Of a stretch of 64,000 nucleotides of DNA, positions 1-14,400 are shown piece by piece. The position numbers and the translations under genes were made by a program. The notes below the pieces were generated by a model. It saw only the letters and a program-made list of their open reading frames with translations, ran no database searches and was not told the DNA's origin. The stretch lies in contig OZ024741.1 in the NCBI GenBank assembly GCA_964016885.1, forward strand, positions 247,070,001-247,134,000. Reading direction: 5' to 3'. The DNA comes from Eledone cirrhosa (Eukaryota). The stretch's first letter is position 1; every line of letters starts with the position of its first letter.

Positions 1-514
1 ATATTATCTCCCCTTGGACGGCTGGAAATTATCTCCCCTTGGACGGCTGGAAATTATCTCCCCTTGGATGGCTAGATATTACCTCCCCTTGGACGGCTGG
101 AAATTATCTCCCCTTGATTTTTTTTACAAATTATCTCCCCCTGATTTTTTTTTACAAATTATCTCCCCCTGATTTTTTTTTAAAAATTATCTCCCCCTGA
201 TTTTTGTTTACAAATTATCTCCGCCTGATTTTTTTTTAAAAATTATCTCCCCTTGGACGGCTGGAAATTATCTCCCCTTGGACGGCTGGAAATTATATCT
301 CCTTGGACGGCTAGAATTTACCTCTCCTTGGACGGCTGAAAATTATCTCCCCTTGGACGGCTGGAAATTATCTCCCCTTGATTTTTTTTACAAATTATCT
401 CCCCCTGATTTTTTTTTACAAATTATCTCCCCCTGATTTTTTTTTACAAATTATCTCCCCCTAATTTTTTTTTACAAATTATCTCCCCCTAATTTTTTTA
501 CAAATTATCTCCCC

Positions 515-738
515 TTGGCTGGCTGGAAATTATCTCCCCTTGGAGGCTGGAACTTATCTCCCCTTGGACGGCTAGAAATTACGTCTCCTTGGACGGCTGG
601 AAAATATGTCTCCTTGGACGGCTCGATATTATCTCCCGTTGGACGGCTGGAAATTATCTCCCCTTGGACGGCTGGAAATTATCTCCCCTTGGATGGCTAG
701 ATATTACCTCCCCTTGGACGGCTGGAAATTATCTCCCC
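515..738. repeat. Block X example: nine type-A monomers in a fixed variant order
   Basis: Ordered markers ggctggctgg, ggaggctggaactt, ggctagaaattac, aaaatatgtctcc, atatt, ggatggctagatattacc. About 40 copies, e.g. 1748, 5516, 6610, 11112, 13960, 16769, 20776, 24985, 32095, 45141, 59802, 63602. Confidence 0.93.
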
Positions 739-877
739 TTGATTTTTTTTACAAATTATCTCCCCCTGATTTTTTTTTACAAATTATCTACCCCTGATTT
801 TTTTTTACAAATTATCTCCCCCTGATTTTTGTTTACAAATTATCTCCGCCTGATTTTTTTAAAAAAATTATCTCCCC

Positions 878-977
878 TTGGACGGCTGGAAATTATCTCC
901 CCTTGGACGGCTAGAAATTACCTCTCCTTGGACGGCTGAAAATTATCTCCCCTTGGACGGCTGGAAATTATCTCCCC
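878..977. repeat. Block Y example: four type-A monomers (ctgg, ctag, ctga, ctgg tails) after the gatttttgtttac / ctccgcctga-T(n)A(m) junction
   Basis: The same order recurs throughout. A 5-monomer variant with aaattatatctcc/aatttacc is at ~253, 5879, 13670, 31833 and 62494. A 2-bp-deleted variant (aaattacctccttgg) is at ~3490, 7010 and 11513. Confidence 0.9.
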
Positions 978-2454
978 TTGATTTTTTTACAAATTATCTC
1001 CCCCTGATTTTTTTTTTTACAAATTATCTCCCCCTGATTTTTTTTTACAAATTATCTACCCCTGATTTTTTTTTACAAATTATCTCCCCCTGATTTTTTT
1101 TACAAATTATCTCCCCCTGATTTTTTTTTACAAATTATCTCCCCCTGATTTTTTTACAAATTATCTCCCCCTGATTTTTTTTACAAATTATCTCCGCCTG
1201 ATTTTTTTAAATATTATCTCTCCTTCGCTGGCGGGAAATTATCTCCCCTTGGACGGCTGGAAATTATCTCCCCTTGGAAGGATGGAAATTATCTCCTCTT
1301 GGACGGCTGGAAATTATCTACCCCTGATTTTTTTTACAAATTATCTCCCCCTGATTTTTTTACAAATTATCTCCCCCTGATTTTTTTTACAAATTATCTC
1401 CGCCTGATTTTTTTAAATGTTATCTCTCCTTGGCTGGCGGGAAATTATCTCTCCTTGGACGGCTGGAAATTATCTCCCCTTGGAAGGATGGAAATTATCT
1501 CCCCTTGGACGGCTGAAAATTATCTACCCCTGATTTTTTTTACAAATTATCTCCCCCTGATTTTTTTTACAAATTATCTCCCCCTGATTTTTTTTACAAA
1601 TTATCTACCCCTGATTTTTTTTACAAATTATCTCCCCCTGATTTTTTTTACAAATTATCTCCCCTGATTTTTTTTTTACAAATTATCTCCCCCTGATTTT
1701 TTTTTTACAAATTATCTCCCCCTGATTTTTTTACAAATTATCTCCCCTTGGCTGGCTGGAAATTATCTCCCCTTGGAGGCTGGAACTTATCTCCCCTTGG
1801 ACGGCTAGAAATTACCTCTCCTTGGACGGCTGGAAAATATGTCTCCTTGGACGGCTGGATATTATCTCCCCTTGGACGGCTGGAAATTATCTCCCCTTGG
1901 ACGGCTGGAAATTATCTCCCCTTGGATGGCTAGATATTACCTCCCCTTGGACGGCTGGAAATTATCTCCCCTTGATTTTTTTTACAAATTATCTCCCCCT
2001 GATTTTTTTTTACAAATTATCTCGCCCTGATTTTTTTTTACAAATTATCTCCCCCTGATTTTTGTTTACAAATTATCTCCGCCTGATTTTTTTAAAAAAA
2101 TTATCTCCCCTTGGACGGCTGGAAATTATCTCCCCTTGGACGGCTAGAAATTACCTCTCCTTGGACGGCTGAAAATTATCTCCCCTTGGACGGCTGGAAA
2201 TTATCTCCCCTTGATTTTTTTACAAATTATCTCCCCCTGATTTTTTTTTTACAAATTATCTCCCCCTGATTTTTTTTTACAAATTATCTACCCCTGATTT
2301 TTTTTACAAATTATCTCCCCCTGATTTTTTTTACAAATTATCTCCCCCTGATTTTTTTTTACAAATTATCTCCCCCTGATTTTTTTACAAATTATCTCCC
2401 CCTGATTTTTTTTACAAATTATCTCCGCCTGATTTTTTTAAATATTATCTCTCC

Positions 2455-2760
2455 TTGGCTGGCGGGAAATTATCTCCCCTTGGACGGCTGGAAATTATCT
2501 CCCCTTGGAAGGATGGAAATTATCTCCCCTTGGACGGCTGGAAATTATCTACCCCTGATTTTTTTTACAAATTATCTCCCCCTGATTTTTTTACAAATTA
2601 TCTCCCCCTGATTTTTTTTACAAATTATCTCCGCCTGATTTTTTTAAATGTTATCTCTCCTTGGCTGGCGGGAAATTATCTCCCCTTGGACGGCTGGAAA
2701 TTATCTCCCCTTGGAAGGATGGAAATTATCTCCCCTTGGACGGCTGGAAATTATCTACCC
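2455..2760. repeat. Blocks Z1 and Z2 example: two four-A blocks (ggctggcggg, ggacggctgg, ggaaggatgg, ggacggctg[g/a]) 206 bp apart
   Basis: Z1 is entered via aaatattatctctcc and Z2 via aaatgttatctctcc; both exit via ctacccctga. The 206-bp spacing is seen at 2455/2661, 3792/3998, 8133/8339, 15713/15919 and 49187/49393. Confidence 0.9.
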
Positions 2761-5219
2761 CTGATTTTTTTTACAAATTATCTCCCCCTGATTTTTTTTA
2801 CAAATTATCCTCCCCTGATTTTTTTTACAAATTATCTACCCCTGATTTTTTTTACAAATTATCTCCCCCTGATTTTTTTTACAAATTATCTCCCCCTGAT
2901 TTTTTTTTTACAAATTATCTCCCCCTGATTTTTTTACAAATTATCTCCCCCTGATTTTTTTTACAAATTATCTCCGCCTGATTTTTTTAAATGTTATCTC
3001 TCCTTGGCTAGCGGGAAATTATCTCCCCTTGGACGGCTGGAAATTATCTCCCCTTGGAAGGATGGAAATTATCTCCCCTTGGACGGCTGGAAATTATCTA
3101 CCCCTGATTTTTTTTACAAATTATCTACCCCTGATTTTTTTTACAAATTATCTCCCCCTGATTTTTTTTTACAAATTATCTACCCCTGATTTTTTTACAA
3201 ATTATCTCCCCTTGGCTGGCTGGAAATTATCTCCCCTTGGACGGCTAGAAATTACCTCTCCTTGGACGGCTGAAAATTATCTCCCCTTGGACGGCTGGAA
3301 ATTATCTCCCCTTGATTTTTTTACAAATTATCACCCCCTGATTTTTTTTTTACAAATTATCTCCCCCTGATTTTTTTTTACAAATTATCTCCCCCTGATT
3401 TTTGTTTACAAATTATCTCCGCCTGATTTTTTAAAAAAAATTATCTCCCCTTGGACGGCTGGAAATTATCTCCCCTTGGACGGCTAGAAATTACCTCCTT
3501 GGACGGCTGAAAATTATCTCCCCTTGGACGGCTGGAAATTATCTCCCCTTGATTTTTTTACAAATTATCTCCCCCTGATTTTTTTTTACAAATTATCTCC
3601 CCCTGATTTTTTTTTACAAATTATCTACCCCTGATTTTTTTTTACAAATTATCTCCCCCTGATTTTTTTTACAAATTATCTCCCCTGATTTTTTTTTACA
3701 AATTATCTCCCCCTGATTTTTTTACAAATTATCTCCCCCTGATTTTTTTTACAAATTATCTCCGCCTGATTTTTTTAAATATTATCTCTCCTTGGCTGGC
3801 GGGAAATTATCTCCCCTTGGACGGCTGGAAATTATCTCCCCTTGGAAGGATGGAAATTATCTCCCCTTGGACGGCTGGAAATTATCTACCCCTGATTTTT
3901 TTTACAAATTATCTCCCCCTGATTTTTTTACAAATTATCTCCCCCTGATTTTTTTTACAAATTATCTCCGCCTGATTTTTTTAAATGTTATCTCTCCTTG
4001 GCTGGCGGGAAATTATCTCCCCTTGGACGGCTGGAAATTATCTCCCCTTGGAAGGATGGAAATTATCTCCCCTTGGACGGCTGGAAATTATCTACCCCTG
4101 ATTTTTTTTACAAATTATCTCCCCCTGATTTTTTTTACAAATTATCTCCCCCTGATTTTTTTTACAAATTATCTACCCCTGATTTTTTTACAAATTATCT
4201 CCCCTTGGCTGGCTGGAAATTATCTCCCCTTGGACGGCTAGGAATTACCTGTCCTTGGACGGCTGAAAATTATCTCCCCTTGGACGGCTGGAAATTATCT
4301 CCCCTTGATTTTTTTACAAATTATCTCCCCCTGATTTTTTTTTTACAAATTATCTCCCCCTGATTTTTTTTTACAAATTATCTACCCCTGATTTTTTTTT
4401 ACAAATTATCTCCCCTTGATTTTTTTTACAAATTATCTCCCCCTGATTTTTTTTTACAAATTATCTCCCCCTGATTTTTTTTTACAAATTATCTCCCCCT
4501 GATTTTTGTTTACAAATTATCTCCGCCTGATTTTTTTAAAAAAATTATCTCCCCTTGGACGGCTGGAAATTATCTCCCCTTGGACGGCTAGAAATTACCT
4601 CTCCTTGGACGGCTGAAAATTATCTCCCCTTGGACGGCTGGAAATTATCTCCCCTTGATTTTTTTACAAATTATCTCCCCCTGATTTTTTTTTTACAAAT
4701 TATCTCCCCCTGATTTTTTTTTACAAATTATCTACCCCTGATTTTTTTTTACAAATTATCTCCCCCTGATTTTTTTAAATGTTATCTCTCCTTGGCTGGC
4801 GGGAAATTATCTCCCCTTGGACGGCTGGAAATTATCTCCCCTTGGAAGGATGGAAATTATCTCCCCTTGGACGGCTGAAAATTATCTACCCCTGATTTTT
4901 TTTACAAATTATCTCCCCCTGATTTTTTTACAAATTATCTCCGCCTGATTTTTTTAAATGTTATCTCTCCTTGGCTGGCGGGAAATTATCTCCCCTTGGA
5001 CGGCTGGAAATTATCTCCCCTTGGAAGGATGGAAATTATCTCCCCTTGGACGGCTGAAAATTATCTACCCCTGATTTTTTTTACAAATTATCTCCCCCTG
5101 ATTTTTTTTACAAATTATCTCCCCCTGATTTTTTTTTACAAATTATCTCCCCCTGATTTTTTTTTTACAAATTATCTCCCCTTGATTTTTTTACAAATTA
5201 TCTCCCCCTGATTTTTTTT

Positions 5220-5410
5220 ACAATCTCCGCCTGATTTTTTAAAAAATTATCTTCCCTTGGCTGGCGGGAAATTATCTCCCCTTGGACGGCTGGAAATTAT
5301 CTCCCCTTGGAAGGATGGAAATTATCTCCCCTTGGACGGCTGGAAATTATCTCCCCTTGCACGGCTGGAAATTATAGCCCCTTGGAGGGCTGGAAATTAT
5401 CTCCCCTTGA
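5220..5410. repeat. Block W example: six type-A monomers, an extended Z-like block
   Basis: Entered via acaatctccgcc (4-bp deletion) and ttatcttccc; contains ttgcacggctgg, aaattatagcccc and ggagggctgg; exits via ttgatatttt. Copies near 5257, 9679, 13074, 27032, 28641, 36838, 44882, 48253, 50625, 53437, 56994, 58341 and 61898. Confidence 0.9.
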
Positions 5411-8400
5411 TATTTTTTTACAAATTATCTCCCCCTGATTTTTTTTTCAAATTATCTCCCCCTGATTTTTTTTACAAATTATCTCCCCCCTGATTTTTTT
5501 ACAAATTATCTCCCCTTGGCTGGCTGGAAATTATCTCCCCTTGGAGGCTGGAACTTATCTCCCCTTGGACGGCTAGAAATTACCTCTCCTTGGACGGCTG
5601 GAAAATATGTCTCCTTGGACGGCTGGATATTATCTCCCCTTGGACGGCTGGAAATTATCTCCCCTTGGACGGCTGGAAATTATCTCCCCTTGGATGGCTA
5701 GATATTACCTCCCCTTGGACGGCTGGAAATTATCTCCCCTTGATTATTTTTACAAATTATCTCCCCCTGATTTTTTTTTACAAATTATCTCCCCCTGATT
5801 TTTTTTTAAAAATTATCTCCCCCTGATTTTTGTTTACAAATTATCTCCGCCTGATTTTTTTTTAAAAATTATCTCCCCTTGGACGGCTGGAAATTATCTC
5901 CCCTTGGACGGCTGGAAATTATATCTCCTTGGACGGCTAGAATTTACCTCTCCTTGGACGGCTGAAAATTATCTCCCCTTGGACGGCTGGAAATTATCTC
6001 CCCTTGATTTTTTTTTACAAATTATCTCCCCCTGATTTTTTTTTACAAATTATCTCCCCCTGATTTTTTTAAATATTATCTCTCCTTGGCTGGCGGGAAA
6101 TTATCTCCCCTTGGACGGCTGGAAATTATCTCCCCTTGGAAGGATGGAAATTATCTCCCCTTGGACGGCTGGAAATTATCTACCCCTGATTTTTTTTACA
6201 AATTATCTCCCCCTGATTTTTTTACAAATTATCTCCGCCTGATTTTTTTAAATGTTATCTCTCCTTGGCTGGCGGGAAATTATCTCCCCTTGGACGGCTG
6301 GAAATTATCTCCCCTTGGAAGGATGGAAATTATCTCCCCTTGGACGGCTGAAAATTATCTACCCCTGATTTTTTTTACAAATTATCTCCCCCTGATTTTT
6401 TTTACAAATTATCTCCCCCTGATTTTTTTTACAAATTATCTACCCCTGATTTTTTCTACAAATTATCTCCCCCTGATTTTTTTTACAAATTATCTCCCCC
6501 TGATTTTTTTTTTACAAATTATCTCCCCCTGATTTTTTTACAAATTATCTCCCCCTGATTTTTTTTTTACAAATTATCTCCCCCTGATTTTTTTACAAAT
6601 TATCTCCCCTTGGCTGGCTGGAAATTTTCTCCCCTTGGAGGCTGGAACTTATATCCCCTTGGACGGCTAGAAATTACCTCTCCTTGGACGGCTGGAAAAT
6701 ATGTCTCCTTGGACGGCTGGATATTATCTCCCCTTGGACGGCTGGAAATTATCTCCCCTTGGACGGCTGGAAATTATCTCCCCTTGGATGGCTAGATATT
6801 ACCTCCCCTTGGACGGCTGGAAATTATCTCCCCTTGATTTTTTTTACAAATTATCTCCCCCTGATTTTTTTTTACAAATTATCTCCCCCTGATTTTTTTT
6901 TACAAATTATCTCCCCCTGATTTTTGTTTACAAATTATCTCCGCCTGATTTTTAAAAAAAAATTATCTCCCCTTGGACGGCTGGAAATTATCTCCCCTTG
7001 GACGGCTAGAAATTACCTCCTTGCACGGCTGAAAATTATCTCCCCTTGGACGGCTGGAAATTATCTCCCCTTGATTTTTTTACAAATTATCTCCCCCTGA
7101 TTTTTTTTTTACAAATTATCTCCCCCTGATTTTTTTTTACAAATTATCTACCCCTGATTTTTTTTTACAAATTATCTCCCCCTGATTTTTTTTACAAATT
7201 ATCTCCCCTGATTTTTTTTTACAAATTATCTCCCCCTGATTTTTTTACAAATTATCTCCCCCTGATTTTTTTTACAAATTATCTCCGCCTGATTTTTTTA
7301 AATATTATCTCTCCTTGGCTGGCGGGAAATTATCTCCCCTTGGACGGCTGGAAATTATCTCCCCTTGGAAGGATGGAAATTATCTCCCCTTGGACGGCTG
7401 GAAATTATCTACCCCTGATTTATTTTACAAATTATCTCCCCCTGATTTTTTTTTACAAATTATCTACATCTGATTTTTTTACAAATTATCTCCCCTTGGC
7501 TGGCTGGAAATTATCCCCCCTTGGACGGCTAGAAATTACCTCTCCTTGGACGGCTGAAAATTATCTCCCCTTGGACGGCTGGAAATTATCTCCCCTTGAT
7601 TTTTTAACAAATTATCTCCCCCTGATTTTTTTTTTACAAATTATCTCCTCCTGATTTTTTTTTACAAATTATCTACCCCTGATTTTTTTTTACAAATTAT
7701 CTCCCCCTGATTTTTTTTTACAAATTATCTCCCCCTGATTTTTGTTTACAAATTATCTCCGCCTGATTTTTAAAAAAAAATTATCTCCCCTTGGACGGCT
7801 GGAAATTATCTCCCCTTTGACGGCTAGAAATTACCTCCTTGGACGGCTGAAAATTATCTCCCCTTGGACGGCTGGAAATTATCTCCCCTTGATTTTTTTA
7901 CAAATTATCTCCTCCTGATTTTTTTTTTACAAATTATCTCCCCCTGATTTTTTTTTACAAATTATCTACCCCTGATTTTTTTTTACAAATTATCTCCCCC
8001 TGATTTTTTTTACAAATTATCTCCCCTGATTTTTTTTTACAAATTATCTCCCCCTGATTTTTTTACAAATTATCTCCCCCTGATTTTTTTTACAAATTAT
8101 CTCCGCCTGATTTTTTTAAATATTATCTCTCCTTGGCTGGCGGGAAATTATCTCCCCTTGGACGGCTGGAAATTATCTCCCCTTGGAAGGATGGAAATTA
8201 TCTCCCCTTGGACGGCTGGAAATTATCTACCCCTGATTTTTTTTACAAATTATCTCCCCCTGATTTTTTTACAAATTATCTCCCCCTGATTTTTTTTACA
8301 AATTATCTCCGCCTGATTTTTTTAAATGTTATCTCTCCTTGGCTGGCGGGAAATTATCTCCCCTTGGACGGCTGGAAATTATCTCCCCTTGGAAGGATGG

Positions 8401-11400
8401 AAATTATCTCCCCTTGGACGGCTGGAAATTATCTACCCCTGATTTTTTTTACAAATTATATCCCCCTGATTTTTTTACAAATTATCTCCCCTTGGCTGGC
8501 TGGAAATTATCTCCCCTTGGACGGCTAGAAATTACCTGTCCTTGGACGGCTGAAAATTATCTCCCCTTGGACGGCTGGAAATTATCTCCCCTTGATTTTT
8601 TTACAAATTATCTCCCCCTGATTTTTTTTTTACAAATTATCTCCCCCTGATTTTTTTTGACAAATTATCTACCCCAGATTTTTTTTTACAAATTATCTCC
8701 CCTTGATTTTTTTTACAAATTATCTCCCCCTGATTTTTTTTTACAAATTATCTCCCCCTGATTTTTTTTTACAAATTATCTCCCCCTGATTTTTGTTTAC
8801 AAATTATCTCCGCCTGATTTTTTTAAAAAAATTATCTCCCCTTGGACGGCTGGAAATTATCTCCCCTTGGACGGCTAGAAATTACCTCTCCTTGGACGGC
8901 TGAAAATTATCTCCCCTTGGACGGCTGGAAATTATCTCCCCTTGATTTTTTTACAAATTATCTCCCCCTGATTTTTTTTTTACAAATTATCTCCCCCTGA
9001 TTTTTTTTTACAAATTATCTACCCCTGATTTTTTTTTACAAATTATCTCCCCCTGATTTTTTTTACGAATTATCTCCCCCTGATTTTTTTTTACAAATTA
9101 TCTCCCCCTGATTTTTTTAAATGTTATCTCTCCTTGGCTGGCGGGAAATTATCTCCCCTTGGACGGCTGGAAATTATCTCCCCTTGGAAGGATGGAAATT
9201 ATCTCCCCTTGGACGGCTGAAAATTATCTACCCCTGATTTTTTTTACAAATTATCTCCCCCTGATTTTTTTACAAATTATCTCCGCCTGATTTTTTTAAA
9301 TGTTATCTCTCCTTGGCTGGCGGGAAATTATCTCCCCTTGGACGGCTGGAAATTATCTCCCCTTGGAAGGATGGAAATTATCTCCCCTTGGACGGCTGAA
9401 AATTATCTACCCCTGATTTTTTTTACAAATTATCTCCCCCTGATTTTTTTACAAATTATCTCCCCCTGATTTTTTTTACAAATTATCTACCCCTGATTTT
9501 TTTTACAAATTATCTCCCCCTGATTTTTTTTACAAATTATCTCCCCCTGATTTTTTTTTACAAATTATCTCCCCCTGATTTTTTTTTTACAAATTATCTC
9601 CCCCTGATTTTTTTACAAATTATCTCCCCCTGATTTTTTTTACAATCTCCGCCTGATTTTTTAAAAAATTATCTTCCCTTGGCTGGCGGGAAATTATCTC
9701 CCCTTGGACGGCTGGAAATTATCTCCCCTTGGAAGGATGGAAATTATCTTCCCTTGGACGGCTGGAAATTATCTCCCCTTGCACGGCTGGAAATTATAGC
9801 CCCTTGGAGGGCTGGAAATTATCTCCCCTTGATATTTTTTACAAATTATCTCCCCATGATTTTTTTTTCAAATTATCTCCCCCTGATTTTTTTTACAAAT
9901 TATCTCCCCCCTGATTTTTTTACAAATTATCTCCCCTTGGCTGGCTGGAAATTATCTCCCCTTGGAGGCTGGAACTTATCTCCCCTTGGACGGCTAGAAA
10001 TTACCTCTCCTTGGACGGCTGGAAAATATGTCTCCTTGGACGGCTGGATATTATCTCCCCTTGGACGGCTGGAAATTATCTCCCCTTGGACGGCTGGAAA
10101 TTATCTCCCCTTGGATGGCTAGATATTACCTCCCCTTGGACGGCTGGAAATTATCTCCCCTTGATTATTTTTACAAATTATCTCCCCCTGATTTTTTTTT
10201 ACAAATTATCTCCCCCTGATTTTTTTTTAAAAATTATCTCCCCCTGATTTTTGTTTACAAATTATCTCCGCCTGATTTTTTTAAAAAAATTATCTCCCCT
10301 TGGACGGCTGGAAATTATCTCCCCTTGGACGGCTGGAAATTATATCTCCTTGGACGGCTAAAATTTACCTCTCCTTGGACGGCTGAAAATTATCTCCCCT
10401 TGGACGGCTGGAAATTATCTCCCCTTGATTTTTTTTACAAATTATCTCCCCCTGATTTTTTTTTACAAATTATCTCCCCCTGATTTTTTTTTACAAATTA
10501 TCTCCCCCTGATTTTTTTTACAAATTATCTCCGCCTGATTTTTTAAAATATTATCTCTCCTTGGCTGGCGGGAAATTATCTCCCCTTGGACGGCTGGAAA
10601 TTATCTCCCCTTGGAAGGATGGAAATTATCTCCCCTTGGACGGCTGGAAATTATCTACCCCTGATTTTTTTTACAAATTATCTCCCCCTGATTTTTTTAC
10701 AAATTATCTCCCCCTGATTTTTTTTACAAATTATCTCCGCCTGATTTTTTTAAATGTTATCTCTCCTTGGCTGGCGGGAAATTATCTCCCCTTGGACGGC
10801 TGGAAATTATCTCCCCTTGGAAGGATGGAAATTATCTCCCCTTGGACGGCTGAAAATTATCTACCCCTGATTTTTTTTACAAATTATCTCCCCCTGATTT
10901 TTTTTACAAATTATCTCCCCCTGATTTTTTTTACAAATTATCTACCCCTGATTTTTTCTACAAATTATCTCCCCCTGATTTTTTTTACAAATTATCTCCC
11001 CCTGATTTTTTTTTTACAAATTATCTCCCCCTGATTTTTTTACAAATTATCTCCCCCTGATTTTTTTTTTACAAATTATCTCCCCCTGATTTTTTTACAA
11101 ATTATCTCCCCTTGGCTGGCTGGAAATTTTCTCCCCTTGGAGGCTGGAACTTATCTCCCCTTGGACGGCTAGAAATTACCTCTCCTTGGACGGCTGGAAA
11201 ATATGTCTCCTTGGACGGCTGGATATTATCTCCCCTTGGACGGCTGGAAATTATCTCCCCTTGGACGGCTGGAAATTATCTCCCCTTGGATGGCTAGATA
11301 TTACCTCCCCTTGGACGGCTGGAAATCATCTCCCCTTGATTTTTTTTACAAATTATCTCCCCCTGATTTTTTTTTACAAATTATCTCCCCCTGATTTTTT

Positions 11401-14400
11401 TTTACAAATTATCTCCCCCTGATTTTTGTTTACAAATTATCTCCGCCTGATTTTTAAAAAAAAATTATCTCCCCTTGGACGGCTGGAAATTATCTCCCCT
11501 TGGACGGCTAGAAATTACCTCCTTGGACGGCTGAAAATTATCTCCCCTTGGACGGCTGGAAATTATCTCCCCTTGATTTTTTTACAAATTATCTCCCCCT
11601 GATTTTTTTTTACAAATTATCTCCCCCTGATTTTTTTTTACAAATTATCTACCCCTGATTTTTTTTTACAAATTATCTCCCCCTGATTTTTTTTACAAAT
11701 TATCTCTGATTTTTTTTTACAAATTATCTCCCCCTGATTTTTTTACAAATTATCTCCCCCTGATTTTTTTTACAAATTATCTCCGCCTGATTTTTTTAAA
11801 TATTATCTCTCCTTGGCTGGCGGGAAATTATCTCCCCTTGGACGGCTGGAAATTATCTCCCCTTGGAAGGATGGAAATTATCTCCCCTTGGACGGCTGGA
11901 AATTATCTACCCCTGATTTTTTTTACAAATTATCTCCCCCTGATTTTTTTTACAAATTATCTCCCCCTGATTTTTTTTTACAAATTATCTACATCTGATT
12001 TTTTTACAAATTATCTCCCCTTGGCTGGCTGGAAATTATCTCCCCTTGGACGGCTAGAAATTACCTCTCCTTGGACGGCTGAAAATTATCTCCCCTTGGA
12101 CGGCTGGAAATTATCTCCCCTTGATTTTTTTACAAATCATCTCCCCCTGATTTTTTTTTTACAAATTATCTCCCCCTGATTTTTTTTTACAAATTATCTA
12201 CCCCTGATTTTTTTTTACAAATTATCTCCCCTTGATTTTTTTTACAAATTATCTCCCCCTGATTTTTTTTACAAATTATCTCCCCCTGATTTTTTTTTAC
12301 AAATTATCTCCCCCTGATTTTTGTTTACAAATTATCTCCGCGTGATTTTTTTAAAAAAATTATCTCCCCTTGGACGGCTGGAAATTATCTCCCCTTGGAC
12401 GGCTAGAAATTACCTCTCCTTGGACGGCTGAAAATTATCTCCCCTTGGACGGCTGGAAATTATCTCCCCTTGATTTTTTTACAAATTATCTCCCCCTGAT
12501 TTTTTTTTTACAAATTGTCTCCCCCTGATTTTTTTTTACAAATTATCTACCCCTGATTTTTTTTTACAAATTATCTCCCCCTGATTTTTTTTTATGAATT
12601 ATCTCCCCCTGATTTTTTTTTACAAATTATCTCCCCCTGATTTTTTTAAATGTTATCTATCCTTGGCTTGCGGGAAAGTATCTCCCCTTGGACGGCTGGA
12701 AATTATCTCCCCTTGGAAGGATGGAAATTATCTCCCCTTGGACGGCTGAAAATTATCTACCCCTGATTTTTTTTACAAATTATCTCCCCCTGATTTTTTT
12801 ACAAATTATCTCCGCCTGATTTTTTTAAATGTTATCTCTCCTTGGCTGGCGGGAAATTATCTCCCCTTGGACGGCTGGAAATTATCTCCCCTTGGAAGGA
12901 TGGAAATTATCTCCCCTTGGACGGCTGAAAATTATCTACCCCTGATTTTTTTTACAAATTATCTCCCCCTGATTTTTTTTTACAAATTATCTCCCCCTGA
13001 TTTTTTTTTACAAATTATCTCCCCCTGATTTTTTTTACAATCTCCGCCTGATTTTTTAAAAAATTATCTTCCCTTGGGTGGCGGGAAATTATCTCCCCTT
13101 GGACGGCTGGAAATTATCTCCCCTTGGAAGGATGGAAATTATCTCCCCTTGCACGGCTGGAAATTATAGCCCCTTGGAGGGCTGGAAATTATCTCCCCTT
13201 GATATTTTTTACAAATTATCTCCCCCTGATTTTTTTTTCAAATTATCTCCCCCTGATTTTTTTTACAAATTATCTCCCCCCTGATTTTTTTACAAATTAT
13301 CTCCCCTTGGCTGGCTGGAAATTATCTTCCCTTGGAGGCTGGAACTTATCTCCCCTTGGACGGCTAGAAATTACCTCTCCTAGGACGGCTGGAAAATATG
13401 TCTCCTTGGACGGCTGGATATTATCTCCCCTTGGACGGCTGGAAATTATCTCCCCTTGGACGGCTGGAAATTATCTCCCCTTGGATGGCTAGATATTACC
13501 TCCCCTTGGACGGCTGGAAATTATCTCCCCTTGATTTTTTTTACAAATTATCTCCCCCTGATTTTTTTTTACAAATTATCTCCCCCTGATTTTTTTTTAA
13601 AAATTATCTCCCCCTGATTTTTGTTTACAAATTATCTCCGCCTGATTTTTTTTTTTAAATTATCTCCCCTTGGACGGCTGGAAATTATCTCCCCTTGGAC
13701 GGCTGGAAATTATATCTCCTTGGACGGCTAGAATTTACCTCTCCTTGGACGGCTGAAAATTATCTCCCCTTGGACGGCTGGAAATTATCTCCCCTTGATT
13801 TTTTTTACAAATTATCTCCCCCTGATTTTTTTTTACAAATTATCTCCCCCTGATTTTTTTTTACAAATTATCTCCCCCTGATTTTTTTTTACAAATTATC
13901 TCCCCCTAATTTTTTTTTACAAATTATCTCCCCCTAATTTTTTTACAAATTATCTCCCCTTGGCTGGCTGGAAATTATCTCCCCTTGGAGGCTGGAACTT
14001 ATCTCCCCTTGGACGGCTAGAAATTACGTCTCCTTGGACGGCTGGAAAATATGTCTCCTTGGACGGCTGGATATTATCTCCCCTTGGACGGCTGGAAATT
14101 ATCTCCCCTTGGACGGCTGGAAATTATCTCCCCTTGGATGGCTAGATATTACCTCCCCTTGGACGGCTGGAAATTATCTCCCCTTGATTTTTTTTACAAA
14201 TTATCTCCCCCTGATTTTTTTTTACAAATTATCTCCCCCTGATTTTTTTTTACAAATTATCTCCCCCTGATTTTTGTTTACAAATTATCTCCGCCTGATT
14301 TTTTTAAAAAAATTATCTCCCCTTGGACGGCTGGAAATTATCTCCCCTTGGACGGCTAGAAATTACCTCTCCTTGGACGGCTGAAAATTATCTCCCCTTG

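Larger units (their letters stand above)
515..1747. repeat. Representative ~1.2 kb higher-order repeat unit: X(9A)-B run-Y(4A)-B run-Z1(4A)-B run-Z2(4A)-B run
   Basis: X blocks start at 515 and 1748 (1233 bp apart). The same block order occurs at 32095-33353 and 40189-41447 (1259 bp each) and at 19519-20775. Confidence 0.9.

Noticed and set aside
980-1210. Rho-independent terminators or phase-variable poly-T tracts
   Set aside because: No GC hairpin precedes the T runs, and there are no genes or promoters to regulate.
2455-2467. Chi-like GCTGGCGG in Z/W blocks (7/8 match to E. coli Chi GCTGGTGG)
   Set aside because: The match is imperfect, nothing suggests a bacterial RecBCD context, and the observed breakpoints fall in the core rather than at this motif.
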